A stretch of DNA of 64,000 nt from Candidatus Latescibacterota bacterium (GTDB lineage: Bacteria > Latescibacterota > UBA2968 > UBA8231). Positions 58,173-64,000 of this stretch are shown here, one piece after another; position 1 is the stretch's first letter, and the number at the start of each line of letters is the position of its first letter. The stretch covers positions 1,472,001-1,536,000 of the forward strand of contig CBDETY010000003.1 of assembly GCA_965243025.1 (NCBI GenBank). The letters run 5' to 3'. Under the pieces are notes generated by a model that saw nothing but the letters and a program-made list of their open reading frames with translations, searched no databases and had not been told where the DNA came from. The position numbers and the translations under genes are program-made.

Positions 58173-58979
58173 TTGAGTTCTTCTTTCCGCGACAGCCGCA
58201 TGGTCGTTACCGGGGCGAGCTCGGGAATCGGCTGGCACCTGTCCCTTCAGCTCGCCCGGGAGGGAGCGCGCCTCGCTGTCGTCGCCAGGCGGGGGGAGCG
58301 GCTCCGCGGTCTCGCCGGGGAGATTGTGAAGGCCGGGGGACCGCAGCCGCTCGAGTGCATCTGCGACGTCGGAAGCTGGGAGGAGGTGCAGGAGGTGGAG
58401 GAACGGGTAGCGGCCGAGTTCGGCCATGTCGACGTACTCGTCAACAACGCGGGGCGCGGCGCCTGGGGGCCTCTGGCGCAGGCCGACCCGGCCGAGCTCG
58501 CAGCCGTTGTCCGCACCAACCTGACCGGGGTGGTCTACATGACCCGCGCCTTCCTTCCCGCAATGGTGGCGCGGGGTTCGGGGCACCTCGTTTTCGTCTC
58601 CAGCGTGCTCGGGGAACTCCCGGCTCCGCGCCACGCCGTGTACGGGAGCACCAAGTTCGCCGTCACCGCCCTCGCCGAGAGTCTTCGCCACGAGCTTGCG
58701 GCCGACAACATCGACGTGACTGCCGTCGAGCCCGGCCTGGTGCGGTCGGGTTTCGCCTCCGTAAGCGGGACCCCCGCGGTGCGCTTCGAGCAGCTGCCTT
58801 CGAAGAGCGCCGTCCGCACCGCGGAGGTGATTGCGTCCGCCATCCGCCGCAGGAGCAGACTGGCCGTCACCGATCCCTTGTCGGCGCAGGCCATCAGGGT
58901 GCGGCGGCATGCCCCGAGGCTGTTCTCCCGGCTGTTCGGCATCGCCTGCAGGCGCGCCTTCCGCAAGGATCCTTCCTGA
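58173..58979 (+). CDS. SDR family oxidoreductase
   Basis: TGASSGIG, NNAG, YGSTK. Confidence 0.92.
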   Translation: MSSSFRDSRMVVTGASSGIGWHLSLQLAREGARLAVVARRGERLRGLAGEIVKAGGPQPLECICDVGSWEEVQEVEERVAAEFGHVDVLVNNAGRGAWGPLAQADPAELAAVVRTNLTGVVYMTRAFLPAMVARGSGHLVFVSSVLGELPAPRHAVYGSTKFAVTALAESLRHELAADNIDVTAVEPGLVRSGFASVSGTPAVRFEQLPSKSAVRTAEVIASAIRRRSRLAVTDPLSAQAIRVRRHAPRLFSRLFGIACRRAFRKDPS

Positions 58980-59085
58980 GGGAGCGGGACAAGGCTGAAA
59001 GGGACTGGGATCCCCTCGTCGATCCCCTCGCGGAGAACTCGGGAGATGTGCTGGAGAGAGGGAGGGCTCGACGTCTGGTTCGAGC

Positions 59086-59901
59086 CTATACCGAACGGGG
59101 TCCGGCAAACGGCCGTTGCCCGGGCTCGTCGAGCTGCAGGCGGTAGACGGCGCCGGAGGCCTCGCTGACGAAGAGCTGGTCGAAGTCGATGCCGCCGAAG
59201 GTCATCCCGGCCGGGTTTCCGCCTGGGATCTCCAGGTTGTCGGAGACCGCCCCGTCGGGATCGACGACACAGATTCCGGCTCCTTCCTGGCCCACCAGCA
59301 GCATGCCGTGCGAATCGAGCAGCAGGGAGCCGGGACTGCCTCCGCTCAGTTCGACGAACACCTCGCGGTTGCCGGCGCTTCCGTCCTCCTCCAGCTCGAA
59401 GCTGAGGATCCTTCCCGCCCCCTGTTCAGCGACGAACAGGGTCATGGCATCGTCGAGCAGTACCAACCCCGAAGGAGAGGCCAGGTCTCCCGCCAGCTGT
59501 TCCACCTCGCCGTTGAGGTCGCAGTGGAAAAGCGACCCCCGGTCGGGGCCGGGGCCGGTGTCGCAGAAAAGCACTCCGCCTTCATGGGTGAAGCAGAGGT
59601 CCCGGGGCCCTGAGAAGCGGCGGCCGTGGCACTGGCTGGCGTACACCTCCACCGCCTCGTCGGGGGAGACCAGCAGCAGGTGATGCCTGCCGCTCTCGGC
59701 CACGAAGAGGTCCCCCGAGTCGTCGAAGGCGATTCCCATCGGACGCCCGCCCGTTTCGGCGAAGGGAATCAGCCTTCCCCCTTCCGATATCCTCGAAACG
59801 CGGCCGGCCCCCGACTCGGCGACGAAAAGCTGATCGTCGGCGTCGAACGCCAGGCCCTGGGGGGACGCCAGGTTCTCCGCTATCGGTTCCGCCGTGGGCA
59901 T
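59086..59901 (-). CDS. SMP-30/gluconolactonase family beta-propeller
   Basis: PQGLAFD, PMGIAFD, PRDL, PSGL, MTFGG blades. Confidence 0.85.
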   Translation of the reverse strand: MPTAEPIAENLASPQGLAFDADDQLFVAESGAGRVSRISEGGRLIPFAETGGRPMGIAFDDSGDLFVAESGRHHLLLVSPDEAVEVYASQCHGRRFSGPRDLCFTHEGGVLFCDTGPGPDRGSLFHCDLNGEVEQLAGDLASPSGLVLLDDAMTLFVAEQGAGRILSFELEEDGSAGNREVFVELSGGSPGSLLLDSHGMLLVGQEGAGICVVDPDGAVSDNLEIPGGNPAGMTFGGIDFDQLFVSEASGAVYRLQLDEPGQRPFAGPRSV

Positions 59902-59910
59902 GGGTTCCGT

Positions 59911-60693
59911 TTACCAGCTGACGTATCCGCCGTCGACCAGCAGGGTCGAACCTGTGGTGAAACTGGAAGCGGGGGAGGCGAAGTACAGCACCGCGGTGGC
60001 CAGCTCCTCGGGGTCGCCCCAGCGTTCCATCGGAACCTTCGACTTCATCTGGCGGGAGGCTTCCGCGTCCTCGAGCAGGATATCGTTTATCGGCGTCGAA
60101 AACGGCCCCGGACAGATGGCGTTGACAGTGACCCCCGAAAGGGCCCATTCCAGCGCCAGGGTGCGCGTCAGCTGCACGATCCCCCCCTTGCTGGAAGCGT
60201 ACGGGGTGCGGCCCGCTATCGAGATGGAGGAGAGGGTGGAGCCGAGGTTGATGACGCGCCCGAACCCGCGTTCGACCATCACCGCTCCGGCGGCCCTGCA
60301 GTAGTAAAAGGGGCCGCTGAGGTTGATGTCGAGCACGGTCTGCCACTGCTCGTCGCCGAGCTCGAGGATCGGGGCGCGTATGTTGATGCCGGCGTTGTTG
60401 ACGAGGATGTCGATGGTTCCGAAACGATCGCACACCGCCGCGACCGAGGCGTCGACCTTGGCGCGGTCGCGGGCGTCCGCCTCGATGGCGAGCACCGGGT
60501 TGCCGGTGTGGGCTTCGATCGCCTGGGCGGCTGTTTGCAGCTCCTCGAGGTTGCGGCTGGTGACGGCGACCTGGGCACCAGCCCCGGACAGGGCGGCGGC
60601 CATCACCTCTCCGAGGCCCTTGCTGCCTCCGGTGACGAGAGCGGTCCTGCCGTCGAGGCGGAACAGCTCGGTCGAGCATTTCGGCAGTTTCAT
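59911..60693 (-). CDS. SDR oxidoreductase (gluconate 5-dehydrogenase/KduD-like)
   Basis: F.L.GRTALVTGGSKGLG, NNAG, YASSK, RWG.PEEL, VDGG. Confidence 0.9.
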   Translation of the reverse strand: MKLPKCSTELFRLDGRTALVTGGSKGLGEVMAAALSGAGAQVAVTSRNLEELQTAAQAIEAHTGNPVLAIEADARDRAKVDASVAAVCDRFGTIDILVNNAGINIRAPILELGDEQWQTVLDINLSGPFYYCRAAGAVMVERGFGRVINLGSTLSSISIAGRTPYASSKGGIVQLTRTLALEWALSGVTVNAICPGPFSTPINDILLEDAEASRQMKSKVPMERWGDPEELATAVLYFASPASSFTTGSTLLVDGGYVSW

Positions 60694-60829
60694 CGGGGAG
60701 GTTTCCGGTGAGGTGCTGGGTGGAACGAAGCGAGGGAGTTAAGCGCTTGTCTCGGTTGAAGCGGGGAAGCTGCTTTCGCGGGGGCGCCGTTGCTGGCTCA
60801 GGCGGCGGCCGGCTCGCCTCCGGAAGGGG

Positions 60830-61066
60830 TTACCATTGCTCGGCCTGGACCATCTCCTTGGCGAGCTCGCCGAGCTCCTCGACGAGGTCTTCCTTGTCCT
60901 GTGCGCGCGCCTTGCTGGTGATCTGCATGGTCAGGGCGATCAACCCGAGGCCGAAGATCCGCTGCAGGGATTCGGGCGCGTCCGGGTTGAGGTCGGGAAT
61001 CAGCTCGCTGAGCTTGTTGAGCAGATGGCGGTGCTTGTCCGACAGGTCGATGACTTCGAAAGACAT
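60830..61066 (-). CDS. Small helical hypothetical protein (78 aa)
   Basis: MSFEVIDLSDKHRHLL...EMVQAEQW; protein-like composition; co-directional with its neighbours. Confidence 0.55.
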   Translation of the reverse strand: MSFEVIDLSDKHRHLLNKLSELIPDLNPDAPESLQRIFGLGLIALTMQITSKARAQDKEDLVEELGELAKEMVQAEQW

Positions 61067-61146
61067 GGCATTGGCGGCGAACTGCGGTCGCCTGTGGCGC
61101 GGAAGTATAGGGCATGCACCAGCCAGGCACAATGCGCCCGCATCCC

Positions 61147-61992
61147 TCAGGAAGCGGCCTCCGGGACTACCCGCTTTCCATCCCGTTTCAGGGTACTCCA
61201 GGGAGATTCGGGATCGTGATCCCAGGCGACGATCCAGCCCCCGGAGCAGGCGGCATCGATCCAGCGCTTCTTCTCGCGCAGGGTGTCGTGGGGGTACATG
61301 TCGTAGGCCATGATCCAGTAGGGGGACAGGTGGTGGCGCGTCGGGATAAGGTCCCCGGGGTAGAGCAGGGTCCGGCCCGCGTTTTCGACGATGACCGCCT
61401 GGTGCGCCGCGGTGTGCCCCCCGGTGAGGCGGGTGCGGACGCCCGCGGTGATGTCGGAGTCGCCGTCGAGGAAGCGCAGCCGGCCGCTGTCGGCGAGCTG
61501 CTGCAGGTCGGCGGCGGCGTAGCTGGTGCGCATGATGCTGCGGCCCGCCACGGCGTCCTCGAACTCCCTTCTCTGGACCCAGTACACGGCATTGGCGAAC
61601 GCCGGGCGCATGGAGCCGTCCTCTTCCGGGGCAAGGCTGCCCGCGGCGTGGTCGAAATGCAGGTGGGTCAGGACGACATGGGATATTTCGTCGCTCTCCA
61701 CCCCTGCGGCCTTCAGGTTGCCGACGAGGCCGGGGCCCGGGCCGATGGCGAAGATGTCCCGCTCCTTTTCGCTGAAGCGGTCTCCGCACCCGGTTTCCAC
61801 CAGCAGGTACTCCCCGGCGCTGCGCAGCAGCAGGCAGTTGCAGGCCATCGGGATCCGGTTGCGGTCGTCGGTGGGGCAGAGGGGCTCCCAGACGGGCCGG
61901 GGCACGACCCCGAACATGGCGCCCCCGTCGAGGCGGAAGCGTCCGCCGTCGATATGGGTGACGGAGATATCGCCGATTGTCAGGGTGCTCAT
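61147..61992 (-). CDS. MBL-fold metallohydrolase (YtnP-like)
   Basis: LDGGAMFGVVP, THLHFDH, GHT..H, GDL.P, MAYD. Confidence 0.92.
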   Translation of the reverse strand: MSTLTIGDISVTHIDGGRFRLDGGAMFGVVPRPVWEPLCPTDDRNRIPMACNCLLLRSAGEYLLVETGCGDRFSEKERDIFAIGPGPGLVGNLKAAGVESDEISHVVLTHLHFDHAAGSLAPEEDGSMRPAFANAVYWVQRREFEDAVAGRSIMRTSYAAADLQQLADSGRLRFLDGDSDITAGVRTRLTGGHTAAHQAVIVENAGRTLLYPGDLIPTRHHLSPYWIMAYDMYPHDTLREKKRWIDAACSGGWIVAWDHDPESPWSTLKRDGKRVVPEAAS

Positions 61993-62023
61993 GGAAACCG
62001 CGCCGGGGTTTGCCCCGCAAAGG

Positions 62024-62689
62024 TCAGGACAGGCCGCCTTTGCGTCGGGCCTGGTCCCATGCCTCCTTGAACTCCCGGATCGTCTCGACCGTACGGGGGT
62101 GGTGGACCATTTCCGGCAGGAACTTGAACGGAGTGGTGACTATGTGGGCCCCGGCGAGGAAGGCGCGGGGAATATCCCCGACCTGGCGCATGCTTCCGGC
62201 GATGATGCGGGCCTTGAATCCGCCCCGTTCGATGAATTCGGCGGTCTCGCCGATGGCGTGGCCGGAATCGGCCCCGAGGTCGTTGATGCGGCCCACGAAG
62301 AGACTCACGTAGGTCGCCCCGGCCATCATCGCCATCAGCGCCTGGCTCGAGTTCATCATGCAGGTGACGTTGACGCGGATGTCCCGCTCCCGTTCGAGCT
62401 CGTGGATGACTTCGACTCCCTCCAGGGACATCGGGATCTTGACGACGATGCGCGCATCCCAGGAGGCGTACTCGGCCGCTTCGGCCAGCATCTCCCCGAC
62501 CTCCTCGGCCACCACCTCGACGCTTACCGGCCCCGGGCAGCAGGCGAGGATCTCGCGGACCCGGGACTCGAAGCTGCCCGGCTCGGCCGCGGCGGCGAGC
62601 TTGGGGTTGGTGGTAACCCCCGAGATCACCCCGAGGGCGGCGGCCCGGCGGGCCTCTTCGATGTCGGCGGTATCGATGAAAAGTTCCAT
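62024..62689 (-). CDS. tal: Transaldolase (short TalC/FSA fold)
   Basis: FIDTA, GVTTNP, SVEV (Glu), VKIP (Schiff-base Lys), YVSLFVGR (Phe, transaldolase type). Confidence 0.85.
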   Translation of the reverse strand: MELFIDTADIEEARRAAALGVISGVTTNPKLAAAAEPGSFESRVREILACCPGPVSVEVVAEEVGEMLAEAAEYASWDARIVVKIPMSLEGVEVIHELERERDIRVNVTCMMNSSQALMAMMAGATYVSLFVGRINDLGADSGHAIGETAEFIERGGFKARIIAGSMRQVGDIPRAFLAGAHIVTTPFKFLPEMVHHPRTVETIREFKEAWDQARRKGGLS

Positions 62690-62701
62690 GAATGGCTTCC
62701 T

Positions 62702-63301
62702 TCAGGCTTCCGAGATGCGCTCCCGCAAGCGGTCGCAGATGAGGTGCTCGATGGCCAGGTGGAAGGATTCGACCTGCGGCGTCGAGTCGACGGGGACGAC
62801 GATGCAGACGTCGGACATCTGTTTCAGGGCGCCGCCGTCGAAGCCGCTGAGGCCTATGGTGCGGGCCCCGCGTTCCCTGGCCAGCCCCAGGGCGCGCAGC
62901 AGGTTCTGCGACCAGGCGCCGGCGTTCCCTTCCCCGGAACCGCCGTGAACGCTGATGAGGATGAGCACGTCCCCCGGGGAGACGAACGGCGCCAGCTGCT
63001 CGGCGTACACCGAGGCCGGGCCCTCGTCGTTCATCAGGGCGCTGTAGATCGGCATGTTGTCGGTCAGAGCCATGACCCGGAACCGCTTCTTTCCCGCCGC
63101 CGCCGTCCACTTGGCGAGGTCGCAGGCGAAGTGCGAGGCGGTCGAGGAGGACCCCCCGTTGCCGGCGATGTACACCGTCGCCGAGTTCTGCCAGGCCTCG
63201 AAAAGAAGGTCGATCGCCGCGGATATCTCCTGCCGCGGCAGGTCGTCGATTACCGAGGCCATCGTCCCGAGGTAGTCCTCGATGTAGCCGTGATTGTCCA
63301 T
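62702..63301 (-). CDS. gmhA: Sedoheptulose-7-phosphate isomerase (SIS domain)
   Basis: GNGGS.S.ASH, ND, GFDGG.L, VES.HL...H.IC. Confidence 0.85.
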   Translation of the reverse strand: MDNHGYIEDYLGTMASVIDDLPRQEISAAIDLLFEAWQNSATVYIAGNGGSSSTASHFACDLAKWTAAAGKKRFRVMALTDNMPIYSALMNDEGPASVYAEQLAPFVSPGDVLILISVHGGSGEGNAGAWSQNLLRALGLARERGARTIGLSGFDGGALKQMSDVCIVVPVDSTPQVESFHLAIEHLICDRLRERISEA

Positions 63302-63324
63302 TTTCGCTTTTCCCGACGCCGTTC

Positions 63325-64000
63325 TCAGGCGTTCATCAGAACCTTGGCGCCGTCCCTGTCGAACTGGAAGCGCATTTCCCTGAGCCCTTCGCCCTCCATC
63401 CTCCGGCGCAGCTCGGCCCGGTGATCGGCCGGGCAGTAGAACATCAGGAAACCGCCGCCGCCGGCTCCCAGCAGCTTTCCCCCCAGGGCTCCGGCGCGCC
63501 GCCCCGAATCGTACCAGCTGTCGATGACGCCGCTCGACATGTTGCCGGAACGCAGCTTCTTCGTCTCCCAGTGGCTGTGGAGGAGGTCCCCGAAGCGGTC
63601 GAGCTCGCCGCCCTCGAGGGCCCGCCGGATCTCGAGGCCGATCCGCTTGACCTCGTGAAGGCTGTCGATGACCTGCGCGTTCCCCCTGCGGGTGTCGGTC
63701 TCCTGCTGCTTGAGCAGGTCGAAACTCTCGCGCTCGATCCCGGTGTAGAACAGAAGCATGCTGTTGCGCAGCTCCTCCCGCGTGTGCAGATCGAGCTCGA
63801 GGGTCGAGACCGCAACCTTCCCTTCGGTATCGATTTCGAGAAGGGTAACTCCGCCGAAAGCGGCGAGATAGTGGTCCTGCTTGCCGGCCGGCTGCCCGGC
63901 GCGCACCGCCTCGACGTGATGGGCCTGTTCGGCCAGCTCCTGGCGCGGCACGCGCTCGAGCTTGTGCTCGTAGAGCGCCTCGAGCAGGGCCACGGTGAAG
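63325..64000 (-). CDS. hddA: GHMP kinase, D-glycero-alpha-D-manno-heptose-7-phosphate kinase-like (5' partial)
   Basis: GKQD.Y.AAFGG, LFYTG..R, W..KK, GALGGKLLGAGGGGFL. Confidence 0.85.
   Translation of the reverse strand, partial: FTVALLEALYEHKLERVPRQELAEQAHHVEAVRAGQPAGKQDHYLAAFGGVTLLEIDTEGKVAVSTLELDLHTREELRNSMLLFYTGIERESFDLLKQQETDTRRGNAQVIDSLHEVKRIGLEIRRALEGGELDRFGDLLHSHWETKKLRSGNMSSGVIDSWYDSGRRAGALGGKLLGAGGGGFLMFYCPADHRAELRRRMEGEGLREMRFQFDRDGAKVLMNA

Noticed and set aside
59010-59031. GATCCCCTCG 10-bp direct repeat between convergent genes
   Set aside because: Only two short copies with no spacer array; not CRISPR and likely chance or slippage.

Overview
High-GC (roughly 68-70% by eye) bacterial chromosomal segment with about 58 real CDS. 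It has no rRNA, tRNA, CRISPR array, integrase or transposase. An Omp85-type C-terminus, lipoproteins, a FlgD-Ig/T9SS-like C-terminal tag on a large subtilase, and the yicC-coaBC-udg-dnaB synteny point to a diderm FCB-superphylum organism such as Latescibacterota or Gemmatimonadota (inference). The content is mostly housekeeping (yicC, coaBC, udg, dnaB, dcd, pepA, serC, trpBA, mgtE, glgC, ispG, queE, folE, groESL) plus orphan sugar-acid and heptose enzymes. Most notable: (1) a tightly coupled TetR / PIG-L deacetylase / WbqC / GT4 / OM barrel / Tat-lipoprotein molybdoenzyme operon with its own palindromic operator; (2) a structured, pseudoknot-capable leader upstream of mgtE that is not an M-box; (3) two copies of a ~168-bp rod-hairpin MITE, one carrying a nested 71-bp hairpin insert; (4) a His-tailed GroEL under a sigma54 -24/-12 promoter with IHF sites and repeated UAS-like motifs; (5) apparent ATC and CTG start codons; (6) an archaeal-type cytidylate kinase in the slot usually held by gmk-rpoZ; (7) a qor gene broken by a 22-bp templated replacement that creates a false fusion with an S1 protein; (8) a sulfatase-fold enzyme with Thr in place of the formylglycine motif. 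All calls are by eye from sequence motifs; no database searches were run.
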